In this document: one piece after another, positions 43,312-52,077 of the stretch
Layout: each line of letters begins with the position of its first letter
How positions within the stretch are numbered: position 1 is the stretch's first letter
Virus record (IMG/VR): IMGVR_UViG_3300035520_000350
Coordinates: 178,979 to 242,978 of that record
From: a virus
Lineage: Duplodnaviria > Heunggongvirae > Uroviricota > Caudoviricetes
Strand: one strand, 5' to 3'
Length of the DNA: 64,000 nucleotides
Program-made: the position numbers and the translations under genes
The notes under the pieces: generated by a model
The model's input: the letters and a program-made list of their open reading frames with translations, nothing else
Database searches by the model: none
Told to the model about the DNA's origin: nothing

Positions 43312-43408
43312 ACATACACCTCCATATAATCATTACATAGAAGTTGAACTTATGATGTTTAAATATGAGTAGTGATATATTATACATATAGGAAAGGAGG
43401 ATAAAAGA

Positions 43409-43804
43409 ATGAAATTAACAGAAGAACAGATTATGATAGCTATGGTATGGTGGCTTAACAGAATAACTGATAAAGCACCTAGATTCTACTATGATTATTC
43501 ATACCCAGAGATAGCAGAAGAGCCTACTGGAAAGAAATGTATTAGACTAGTACGTATAGAATTCTTTAAGTACTATCTGAACTGTTTATTGCATGATGTA
43601 AGTAAAGAGAATTTGATTACAGATGATTTCTGTCTTACTTATGATGAGAATGATACAAAAAACATACTGTATCAAGCTTTATATTTATCACACTTATCAC
43701 CTGCATTTGTACCACGTAATACTAAAATGATCTTTAAAGATGATAGTGTATATGTATCAATGTATGGGAATGAGTATATAAGAATTACTGAGGCTGATGA
43801 GTAA
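43409..43804 (+). CDS. hypothetical early protein
   Basis: AAGGAGG RBS; TAGTGATATATTATA upstream, identical to the copy at 34644. Confidence 0.7.
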   Translation: MKLTEEQIMIAMVWWLNRITDKAPRFYYDYSYPEIAEEPTGKKCIRLVRIEFFKYYLNCLLHDVSKENLITDDFCLTYDENDTKNILYQALYLSHLSPAFVPRNTKMIFKDDSVYVSMYGNEYIRITEADE

Positions 43805-43873
43805 GAAAGGAGGGGTAGCCTATTACTAGACTACCCCAATTATGAAGAAAAGAATTAAAACAAGCAACCGATT

Positions 43874-44431
43874 TTATTTTTTGTTTGTGACTGCCACTTT
43901 AAGCTTCTCCGGAGTAACAACCACCTTTGATGTACCAGGGTTATCTCTATCCGGAACACTCTTGTTGTGAGCCTCTACTGTCTTAAGGTTAATGGTAGCC
44001 TCGACACGCGGATCAGATACAACATTCAGCTTTCTTCCGGTCTGCAGATATGTACCGACGAAGTCCTTACTGATGTTGATGAAATGTGTTGCGTCTTTCT
44101 TTGTGAACTCATGGTTCTGAGACATAGCTAATGCCTCAGATGAGGTCATGCCGGTGATCGAAGATAATGTATCTACCGTAAGTTGGATGGCTTCTTTTCG
44201 CGGACTGCGGCTTCCTACATAGCCGTCTTTACGATCAAAGATACCGATAGCAAACTCTTTGTCATTGAGCATAGACTGCATTACAGCAACCTCATCTGCT
44301 CTGTTTGTAGATGTCTGAGTCGTCTTATTGACAATATCATCAATCAACTTGTCTGTAGCTGTATCCGTCTTCTCCGGATAGCCTTCAATGTTCTTTCTAC
44401 TGAATTTTACTGCTTTGTTATTCATTTCCAT
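43874..44431 (-). CDS. hypothetical protein, possible HU-like arm
   Basis: C-terminal DRDNPGTSKVVVTPEKLKV loosely resembles the HU beta-arm. Confidence 0.55.
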   Translation of the reverse strand: MEMNNKAVKFSRKNIEGYPEKTDTATDKLIDDIVNKTTQTSTNRADEVAVMQSMLNDKEFAIGIFDRKDGYVGSRSPRKEAIQLTVDTLSSITGMTSSEALAMSQNHEFTKKDATHFINISKDFVGTYLQTGRKLNVVSDPRVEATINLKTVEAHNKSVPDRDNPGTSKVVVTPEKLKVAVTNKK

Positions 44432-44440
44432 TTCCTCCGT

Positions 44441-44800
44441 TTAATCAATTTTACACATTTCACCATGTTCAACACTGCATTTATCACAGTTGTTAAAGCA
44501 TGGGATCATGTGATAATAGCTTTTGAAGATAAGAGCTCTCTGTTGCATAGTTAATTTAAGCAACTCATTACAGACAAGTCTTACCAACTCTTTCTCTTCA
44601 CGATATTGATATTCTTCTTCATCACATAACTCAAGGACACGATTGATGGTATTGTCATCGAAGTTGTTATCATCAACTAAGGTATGAGCCATACCTCCAC
44701 ATGAACAGCCATCAATATCGTATATTGTAGATATGAGAGTCTTAACAGTATTAAGATGCGGTGTAAAGTACTTACACGCTTCAATACCAACTTTACCCAT
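44441..44800 (-). CDS. Cys-rich hypothetical protein
   Basis: GCSCGGMAH..DD.N; C-terminal C..CDKC. Confidence 0.6.
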   Translation of the reverse strand: MGKVGIEACKYFTPHLNTVKTLISTIYDIDGCSCGGMAHTLVDDNNFDDNTINRVLELCDEEEYQYREEKELVRLVCNELLKLTMQQRALIFKSYYHMIPCFNNCDKCSVEHGEMCKID

Positions 44801-44975
44801 ATTCTGTATCCTCCGTTTACTGTAGATCTAAGTCTACTATTCTTTGAAGCTCTTCATTGTTCTGATCTTCAATATACTTCTTCAGATGTTCTTTGAAGAC
44901 CTCTTTAGTGATTGTGCTATAGTACTTACTTTTGTCTATGGTAAGTACGTATCTACTCTTATCCATCTCAATCTC

Positions 44976-45422
44976 CTACTCGATAAAGATAGACGGGAAG
45001 TCTTCAAGATCATAAAGATAAGCAAGCTGTCGGTACTTTATCATACCATTACCGATCTTAAACTTTCTTGTTCCATCAGGTTGCTCTTCACATATAAGTT
45101 GTCCTAAATACGGAACAGCAACCTCTTTCGCAAGTTGTTCTTTGGTTCCATGCTTTAATACTACCCTGTGATGTTCCTCTCCAAACTGCTCCTTATGGAA
45201 CTTAAGTTCTTTAAAGGTATGCTTACCATCAGCCTCTTTGTACTTAATGATGGTAGGATCAAAGATAGGGCAATTAGGATCGAGATACTGCTCATATCCT
45301 TCGTATCCAGGATCAAAGATCTGCCCTAATATATCACCTTTATCATAGACAGTGTCATCCTCTTCCCAGCCTTCTTCATCGTGTAATATGACATTATCTG
45401 CCATGAATTCAACTATATTCAT
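44976..45422 (-). CDS. hypothetical acidic protein
   Basis: 148 aa, AAGGAG RBS. Confidence 0.65.
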   Translation of the reverse strand: MNIVEFMADNVILHDEEGWEEDDTVYDKGDILGQIFDPGYEGYEQYLDPNCPIFDPTIIKYKEADGKHTFKELKFHKEQFGEEHHRVVLKHGTKEQLAKEVAVPYLGQLICEEQPDGTRKFKIGNGMIKYRQLAYLYDLEDFPSIFIE

Positions 45423-45606
45423 AATTATAGTTGCTCCTTTCTTTCACTTGTATTCCATACAAGCTTTCTTCTTTTATTTTATCTTCCTCCGGTAAGTCAA
45501 AAAAGAAATAGATAGGACTCACCGGTTTAGGTTTCTTACCATAAGAACTAAGCCAATCTTTCAGCTTATCTTCATTGTTTTCCTTTAGAACTTCTATAAA
45601 CCCCAT
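45409..45606 (-). CDS. small hypothetical protein
   Basis: 65 aa; AGGAGG RBS; AACA-N6-TA at 45645-45634. Confidence 0.6.
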   Translation of the reverse strand: MGFIEVLKENNEDKLKDWLSSYGKKPKPVSPIYFFFDLPEEDKIKEESLYGIQVKERSNYNYEYS

Positions 45607-45677
45607 AACACACTACCTCCTATATCAAGGATTTAATATCTTGTTACAGGGGTTGTAAATTTTACCAAAACTGGTAC

Positions 45678-47327
45678 CTACACAGCCTTCTTCTGTTGTG
45701 TCTTCTTCTTAGAATATTGCTTAACTGTCTTAGGTTTAGTATTACTATTCTTATCAGTATAAGAAGCCTTTATTTCTTGTTGCTTCTTTAGTTTCTTATT
45801 ATCTACATCTTCTTTCAACTGTTGTACTTCTTGATAAGTCATTCTACTATCAACCTTCTTCTCTTTTAGCTTATTAGCCATTCTCTTTCTTCCAGGTTGA
45901 TCTTCTGTCTTTCTAGCTCTATTATGGTTATGTCTCTTGTACTTTTTCTTTTGAGTAGACTTATAGTTATGAGTCTCTTCTCTACCAATCATATTGGTCA
46001 TAATACTACACTGCCTAATCTGAGCGTCAATCTCCTTATCGTAGTCATTAGTCTCTGACTCTATTGTAGGAACTTGTATAATAGGGCTATTATCTTTACG
46101 AAGTGTATTCTCTAACTCTTTTTGCTTCTTCTTACGTCTCTTACTGTTACGATTAGCTTTCCTTAACTTCTCCTTGTTTTCGTTCATCTTACGTTTTCTA
46201 TCAGGAACTGTAAAGTTCTGATAGAAGTAGTCATCAAGATCTTTGATAGCGAAATAAGCTTGTTTCCTAGCCATAGATCCTCTCCAGGATTGATATGAAG
46301 TGTTTACTTGTTCAAAAGTCATCTCTCCTGTATCATACAAGTGTTTAAACTTCTTAAGCTTACGTCTCATATTGACTATAGACTTCCTTACAGGTCTTAA
46401 TACTACCTTACCATTCTCGTCTAATTTAACCTTATTCTTAAGAAACTTAAACTCCTTACTATCTAACTTGACTATCTTAGTCTTATCCTTATTGAGTTCT
46501 AGACCTAGTTTATTATACTCATCTATAAGAACATCTCTTATCTCCTCAAGTTCTTCTTTCGTCTCTCCTATAACATAAGAATCATCATTATATCTAGAGT
46601 ATCCTCTGTATCCATATCTATCCTTAACAAGATGATCTATAGGATTAGGATAAAATACCGCTTCTATCTGACATGTTTCACTTCCTAACCCTAAACCAGT
46701 CTCACCTTCGAATGAGTCTATGAAATCACAGGCAAGTCTTAATACTTTAGGATCATCTATTTCATTCATGATACGTTCTTTAAGTTGTTGATGCGGAATA
46801 CTACCAAAGTAGTTATGTAAATCCAAAAGAAGAACGTAGCCTTCATTGCTACCGTGTTTGTTATAGTAATCCGTTAAGTGTTGTTTAAGCCTGTTTACAG
46901 AGAATGTGTATCCTTTATTCTTTAAACAGGCTCCATTATCATATATAAGATTCCTACCTAATATAGGAATCAGAACATTCTGTGTCAATGCTTTCTGTAT
47001 TACACGTTCACTGAAATGAACACTAGTAATACTTCTAGCTTTACCTCTCTCAATAAGAGTAAAGGTAATGAATCCTTTACGTATATCTACATCATTCCTA
47101 AGATCATCAGAGGCTTTGATTACATTAGGAACTAAGTCCATGTCATATCTTTGAGGGCTAGTCTTCCAAGCTATTCCTTTCTCAGCTTGAGGCTCTGCTA
47201 TTAGTATGAAACCAGTATTACTTACTCTTTCGAAATCATCATACTTTTCTTTGTATGCTATACGTTTTTCTTCTCTTTTCTGCTTACGTCTTTCGTACCT
47301 AGCTCTTTTACGTTCAGAACTCGTCAT
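45678..47327 (-). CDS. DGR reverse transcriptase with K-rich C-terminal extension
   Basis: MTSSERKRARYERRK N-terminus, ERGKAR, LDLHNYFGSI, GLGLGSETCQ, RYNDD, FKFLK, SYQSWRG; adjacent to TR and Avd. Confidence 0.93.
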   Translation of the reverse strand: MTSSERKRARYERRKQKREEKRIAYKEKYDDFERVSNTGFILIAEPQAEKGIAWKTSPQRYDMDLVPNVIKASDDLRNDVDIRKGFITFTLIERGKARSITSVHFSERVIQKALTQNVLIPILGRNLIYDNGACLKNKGYTFSVNRLKQHLTDYYNKHGSNEGYVLLLDLHNYFGSIPHQQLKERIMNEIDDPKVLRLACDFIDSFEGETGLGLGSETCQIEAVFYPNPIDHLVKDRYGYRGYSRYNDDSYVIGETKEELEEIRDVLIDEYNKLGLELNKDKTKIVKLDSKEFKFLKNKVKLDENGKVVLRPVRKSIVNMRRKLKKFKHLYDTGEMTFEQVNTSYQSWRGSMARKQAYFAIKDLDDYFYQNFTVPDRKRKMNENKEKLRKANRNSKRRKKKQKELENTLRKDNSPIIQVPTIESETNDYDKEIDAQIRQCSIMTNMIGREETHNYKSTQKKKYKRHNHNRARKTEDQPGRKRMANKLKEKKVDSRMTYQEVQQLKEDVDNKKLKKQQEIKASYTDKNSNTKPKTVKQYSKKKTQQKKAV

Positions 47328-47342
47328 ATCAAGTAACCTCAA

Positions 47343-47690
47343 TTAGTCAGTATTCGAGAAAAAACGGTAGTAGTGAAGACACTACTACACATACCAAGAT
47401 AAAACATAGATTTCGAAAGAAACCGTAATATTGCAGAGCGGAACTTCCAGGAATTTCAATAACACGCATGGCACTCACAGGTTACATCAGCCACGTTGCA
47501 TCTGGGCATGAAACTATAGGCTCCCGTGATAAACCCATAGCCATGCAAGAAGCGTTCGCCCAGATGTTACGTATTATCTATTTACGCTACACTCAAAGAA
47601 CAAATATAACGATGGTCAAGATCTCCTTTAGATACACTCTAGGAGTGTTTAAATCCAGTCGGCTTCCTGGTGAAGCTTTACCGACCTCAT
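47343..47690 (-). ncRNA. structured DGR spacer RNA between TR and RT
   Basis: GTAGTAGTG/CACTACTAC hairpin (~47367-47388); CATCTGGGC/GCCCAGATG stem (~47499-47566). Confidence 0.55.
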
Positions 47691-47816
47691 CTAAATCAGA
47701 GCGGCACACGATTGTTCGTGTTCGTCACATTGTTGTTGTTCGGATTGCCGTTGTTGTTCACATTGCAGGCGTTGTTACTATTACCGGAGTTAGCACAACG
47801 GAGCCACCAATTACAA
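47691..47816 (-). repeat. DGR template repeat (TR)
   Basis: 126-bp ungapped match to 49827-49952; 17 AAY codons; TGA where the VR has TGC. Confidence 0.95.
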
Positions 47817-47878
47817 AAATGTCCAGATTTTAACCAGAGAAAATTCAGGATCAATAAGAACTTTGGTAGACTATATTG

Positions 47879-48940
47879 CTATAGTCTATCAAAGAAGTTA
47901 TCAACTTTTATTCTCGGACCCCTATTGGACTTCTTTGAGTTCTTCTTAGAAGACTCTTTAGTCGCAGGAGTACCGGCTTTGTCATTACTTTGTATGATAT
48001 CCATGATATCTTCAGGAGTATATAATTTCTTCTCCTCTTCTACTGTAATGTTATTATTCTCATTCGTTGAATTGACTTTTACATTTGTAGTAGGAGTCAA
48101 TAAGTTATTTAAAGTATCTTGATTCTGTTCAATCAAGTCATCTTCTGATTTCTTTTCAACAGGAGGAGCAACTTGTTGTTGCGGTAATGGATAAACAACC
48201 ATCGGAACTGGTTGAGGCATCTGATTAAACTGCTGTTGAAATGTAAACTGAGGCTGATCCAATAGACAATATACAGGTACTATTGCATTACCTCTATCCC
48301 TTCCAGGTTCTCCAAAATCTATTGTCGGAGTAGGTACTTCACAGAACCCATTATACCACATCATAGGTGGTACAGTATACATATATACTTGTATAGGCTG
48401 TGGTTGTTGCTGGTTTGGATAAACGAATGGAATTGGTTCAGCACCTTGTTGAGCAAGGGCTGCCTCGATACCATAAGGATTTGGAGCAATCTTGCTCTCC
48501 TTAGAGTCGAGTTCTCTAAATTTTCTCATAAGCGCATTGTTTTGCTTTCTCCACCATTTGAGATAACCTTCTTCATTGTCTAACATTTTCAGAATACGTC
48601 TTATTGTAGAATTAGGTTCTACTGATAGCTTATGTCTTACAGCTAATGCTCCTAATTCTTCTACAGCAAACTTAATCAAACCGATAGCTTTGTTTTGATA
48701 ATCTCTTCTAATCATCACTTCGTGTTGATTAGTAGGGAATATACTGTTTGCAACTATTACACTTTGTAAAGCATCTGTCATCGTAGCGATGATCGGTACA
48801 CAATGAGCGAAATATTCTTTGTCCGAAAACTTATCAGGGTTTTCTATGAGGTATTTCTCTATCATCTCTTTAGTCTTTATAAGGTTACTATAGAAAGATA
48901 GACCACTTAAACCTCTATCTCTAGCTAGCACGTTACTCAT
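47879..48940 (-). CDS. avd: DGR accessory Avd-like protein with long Q/P-rich extension
   Basis: MSNVLARDRGLSGLSFY...ANSIFPT..E...RRDYQNKAI helical domain; directly upstream of the TR. Confidence 0.78.
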   Translation of the reverse strand: MSNVLARDRGLSGLSFYSNLIKTKEMIEKYLIENPDKFSDKEYFAHCVPIIATMTDALQSVIVANSIFPTNQHEVMIRRDYQNKAIGLIKFAVEELGALAVRHKLSVEPNSTIRRILKMLDNEEGYLKWWRKQNNALMRKFRELDSKESKIAPNPYGIEAALAQQGAEPIPFVYPNQQQPQPIQVYMYTVPPMMWYNGFCEVPTPTIDFGEPGRDRGNAIVPVYCLLDQPQFTFQQQFNQMPQPVPMVVYPLPQQQVAPPVEKKSEDDLIEQNQDTLNNLLTPTTNVKVNSTNENNNITVEEEKKLYTPEDIMDIIQSNDKAGTPATKESSKKNSKKSNRGPRIKVDNFFDRL

Positions 48941-48990
48941 TTCTTTGGTGTTCTCCTCCTTGATTCATTATGTATTAAGATTAGTCAAAA

Positions 48991-49462
48991 TAGAGGAGAA
49001 GAGCAAGCATAATCCGCGTACTCGTTTTATCTAGGTATTCTCTTTGAGATTTACCGTAACGTAAAAATCCTGTCTACAATACTAAGGCACTTTTTCAATC
49101 ATGTCGTATTCATGGTAGTGAATTTTCATCGTATAGATATGTTAGCTAGAAAAACCGGTGTAAAAGTTTACAATATGAGATTGAATGAAAAGGAATGAGA
49201 AAGGGGTGAATATACTTGTGATCCGCAAATTTTAGGAGGTTGCTTATATCACATAAGGCAATGTATATGACCTGGCACTCGGGTTTTGTCAATTATCAGC
49301 AGACTACTATAATTAGGACATATGCTAGAATCTCAAAAGGAGGTGAGATCCTGCCTTAATATATTCGGTTTAATATCGACTACAATTTTGTTTCTTTCAC
49401 GTCCGATTCTTTCTAGCTATAAAAATTGTACTTGGATTTATAACTTAAACTTTTCTCCTCTA
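48991..49462 (+). ncRNA. candidate large structured ncRNA
   Basis: No ORF of 60 aa or more; long interrupted closing helix 48991-49034 with 49413-49462, plus nested stems. Confidence 0.4.
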
Positions 49463-49685
49463 CTTATTGGTTAGGGTTTGTGTAAAGATTGAATATTGTC
49501 AGGGAAGTTTTGTTAGAGTTGGTTAGAAGTGTAAGAGGTGTGGGTAAAATTTTTCTGGTCCACTGTTTGTTAAGGGGTATGGGTTTGTTTGGTGTTAGTT
49601 TAGTCGCATATAAGATTCTTTCTTAATACCATCTTTTTACGTATAATTCGTACTAAGGTTTTTAAAAATTTTTCATAGAATTCAG

Positions 49686-49729
49686 AAAGGACGTGAGGCT
49701 AAAATACAGCCTCACGTCCTTTGTTTTTT
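49686..49729. terminator. 15-bp hairpin terminator
   Basis: AAAGGACGTGAGGCT/AGCCTCACGTCCTTT followed by a T-tract on +. Confidence 0.7.
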
Positions 49730-49771
49730 GTTTCGTGATAACCCGAAAAAAGATGCTTTACGCGTTGTTGG

Positions 49772-49811
49772 GCGAATTGATACCCCAGCCGGGGGCTGGG
49801 GTATCATTCGC
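49772..49811 (-). promoter_or_regulatory. DGR homing hairpin/cruciform 3' of the VR
   Basis: Perfect 13-bp stem TGATACCCCAGCC/GGCTGGGGTATCA with 3-nt loop, just after the target stop codon. Confidence 0.8.
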
Positions 49812-49813
49812 TG

Positions 49814-50683
49814 CTACGCAGCAACTCTAAAGCAGAGCGGCACACGAATGGCCAGGTTCGCCACATAGGCGGTGGCCGGATCGCCGCTGTTGCTCACACT
49901 GCAGGCGCTGCCACCACCACCGGAGGAAGCACAACGGAGCCACCAACTACAACGTCCTCCGTTATATCCACTGCCCTTGACGCGTCTGGACCAGCCATCT
50001 CTGAAAATGGGGTACTGCACTGAATAGCCCTCAGTGTATTTCTCTGTACCCCACACGACATGACCATATACCTCTACTTCGCTGGGCAGCCATATCTTAC
50101 CTAAATTAGCCCAGATTGTACCGTTAGATGTAGACATTGATTTAGATCCAGAGGTATATCGCATTTCACACATATCATACCGATCAACGATAACCGCTTT
50201 TACATCATCCGGTAAATATCCATAGATAGTTTCATTCAGATAGGTATATAAACTAGATGCAATCATCGGTACAGGAGAATCCTCAGTACCGTTATTATGT
50301 CCTGCTTCATTCCATTTAACCGTATCTTTTAAGCAATCCTTAGAGATAAAGTCAATATGATTACCAGAGATAGCAGAGTAAGTATTTACTCCAGCTACTT
50401 CCATAGCAGCTTTTTCTCCATTAGAGAGAGTTATCGTCTTGTAATCCCCAATACGAATATCTCTCTCGAACTTACCGGTGGTACACATATCCTTAATATC
50501 ATCCCAAGAATAGTTTAACTCAACAGCATCGTTATAAGGATAGTTGTTAACAATAGATTTCTTAAGATTTACTAAAGAAATCTTATTACTAACTCCATCT
50601 CCAGCAACCATAAAGTCTGCTTTTACAGACGAAGCTGCTCTAAGGTCAGTAGCTTCTTCAAGATCACTAATCTTTAAACTCAT
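49814..50683 (-). CDS. DGR target protein, CLec-like receptor-binding/tail adhesin
   Basis: KIWLPSEVEVYG, WWLR...VPLCFR; C-terminal VR. Confidence 0.88.
   Translation of the reverse strand: MSLKISDLEEATDLRAASSVKADFMVAGDGVSNKISLVNLKKSIVNNYPYNDAVELNYSWDDIKDMCTTGKFERDIRIGDYKTITLSNGEKAAMEVAGVNTYSAISGNHIDFISKDCLKDTVKWNEAGHNNGTEDSPVPMIASSLYTYLNETIYGYLPDDVKAVIVDRYDMCEMRYTSGSKSMSTSNGTIWANLGKIWLPSEVEVYGHVVWGTEKYTEGYSVQYPIFRDGWSRRVKGSGYNGGRCSWWLRCASSGGGGSACSVSNSGDPATAYVANLAIRVPLCFRVAA
49827..49952 (-). repeat. DGR variable repeat (VR)
   Basis: 26 mismatches to the TR, 25 at TR adenines. Confidence 0.95.
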
Positions 50684-51324
50684 AAGTTCACCTCTCCTAA
50701 AATACTAGTTTCTGATCCAGTAGAAGTATCAGTTTCAGTAATCAGTACTTCTCCAGATTCCAACAAGATGTCTGTTTCAATGTGTCTTGTGATAAGAGCG
50801 TTATAAAGTTCACGAACACTGAACATTGAGGCAGCAACGTCCTTATCGATTTCACTCACATCATCAACACTAGAAGAGATCTTTAAGTGACCATACTGAG
50901 AGAAACTACCAACTCCATAATCTGTTGTTGACGACGAATGCTTCTTAGGCGCTGCTTTGTCAGTAACATCTTCCAATTTCTTGGTATTAGTAGTATCTGA
51001 CTTTACTAAGTTACTAAGCAACGTCTTAATAGAACCAATAAGATTGCCTAAAGACTTACCAGTGACAATCTCATTAAGTAAGGCAGTATTATCTGCGGTA
51101 CTAGAAGCATTAAAGACCAATCCAATATCATTGATCTCATCGAGATTAATAGAGTAAGGTAATTCATCATACTTATGAACTCCATCACCTAACTTAACTC
51201 TTGCTAAACCAGTACCAACACCACCTTCAGGAACTTCGAAGAACAGCTCACCCTTTTCAAGAACTATGCTCTTCTTAATTGCTGTGGCTTTTAAGCCTCG
51301 TCTTGGTTTGAAAATTTTAGACAT
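50680..51324 (-). CDS. tail fibre protein with Mtd_N-like domain
   Basis: PRRG..LEKGEL...KLGDGV..YDELPY; YGHLKIS fibre repeat; coupled to the DGR target gene. Confidence 0.7.
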   Translation of the reverse strand: MSKIFKPRRGLKATAIKKSIVLEKGELFFEVPEGGVGTGLARVKLGDGVHKYDELPYSINLDEINDIGLVFNASSTADNTALLNEIVTGKSLGNLIGSIKTLLSNLVKSDTTNTKKLEDVTDKAAPKKHSSSTTDYGVGSFSQYGHLKISSSVDDVSEIDKDVAASMFSVRELYNALITRHIETDILLESGEVLITETDTSTGSETSILGEVNL

Positions 51325-51536
51325 AAAATTTTCCTCCTTTCTTTACATTGTAGATTTCCACTTGAGTGGCGTGATTTGCTACTAGAAGTGTATATAGTAG
51401 CTGAAAGATTATATGCACCTACAGTGCCTAAGTAAAACACCTTATATGGTATTGGATATTGGCAAGAAGAATCAAGTAAGTGGTACTACCATAAAGTGTA
51501 ACTAAATCATATGTGCTTTACTGTTAATACAATACT

Positions 51537-51983
51537 TTACTCATCCTCATCACCAAAATCAAATTCATCTTCGATATCAAATCCACCGAAGTATTTAAGT
51601 TCACTCCACTTGTGTTTTCCATCTCCGACTTTGATCATCATCTTAGTTGAATCAAACACTACTTCTCCCAACCCAATAACCGGATCAGAATCAAGCCATT
51701 CAACTGTTGTTCCACTTCTCATGTAGATATTATTCCAAGCATATACAGTACCTCCATATATTGCAGAGGCTGCCCCACCATCAAATGCATAAGGAAGATC
51801 CATATATTGCTTATATCCATCACCGATCTTGAATTTACTATAACCAGTACCGACACCGGTATCAGGAACTTCAATAACTAATTCACCAGAAGCAAGAACA
51901 GGATTTGTCGCAGACCACTCGGCAAGAGTTCCTCTACGTATTCTTATTCTAGCGTATGCCATATACTTTCCTCTCCTTTCCAA
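51537..51983 (-). CDS. protein with two Mtd_N-like repeats
   Basis: RRGTLAEWSATNPVLASGE..KIGDG..LPY, repeated; ends FDFGDEDE. Confidence 0.72.
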   Translation of the reverse strand: MERRGKYMAYARIRIRRGTLAEWSATNPVLASGELVIEVPDTGVGTGYSKFKIGDGYKQYMDLPYAFDGGAASAIYGGTVYAWNNIYMRSGTTVEWLDSDPVIGLGEVVFDSTKMMIKVGDGKHKWSELKYFGGFDIEDEFDFGDEDE

Positions 51984-52077
51984 CTTACTTAGAATCTTTA
52001 TAGGAATGTTTTATAACAGTAATATTTAGTAAAAGTTGCCTACTAAAAAGTAGGCAACTCTGTACGACAAGTAAATA

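Noticed and set aside
45678-47342. RT as a group II intron or retron RT
   Set aside because: No maturase/endonuclease domain or VTG motif; the TR/VR pair and Avd identify it as a DGR RT
47691-47816. GTT/AAC repeats as a microsatellite or CRISPR array
   Set aside because: These are the AAY codons of the TR; no repeat-spacer array was seen in the window
47468-48122. Plus-strand ORFs 47468-47833 and 47670-48122
   Set aside because: Antisense shadows of the AAC-rich TR and avd
49261-49359. 32-codon ORF within the candidate ncRNA
   Set aside because: SD is too far from the ATG and there are no recognisable features; not supportable
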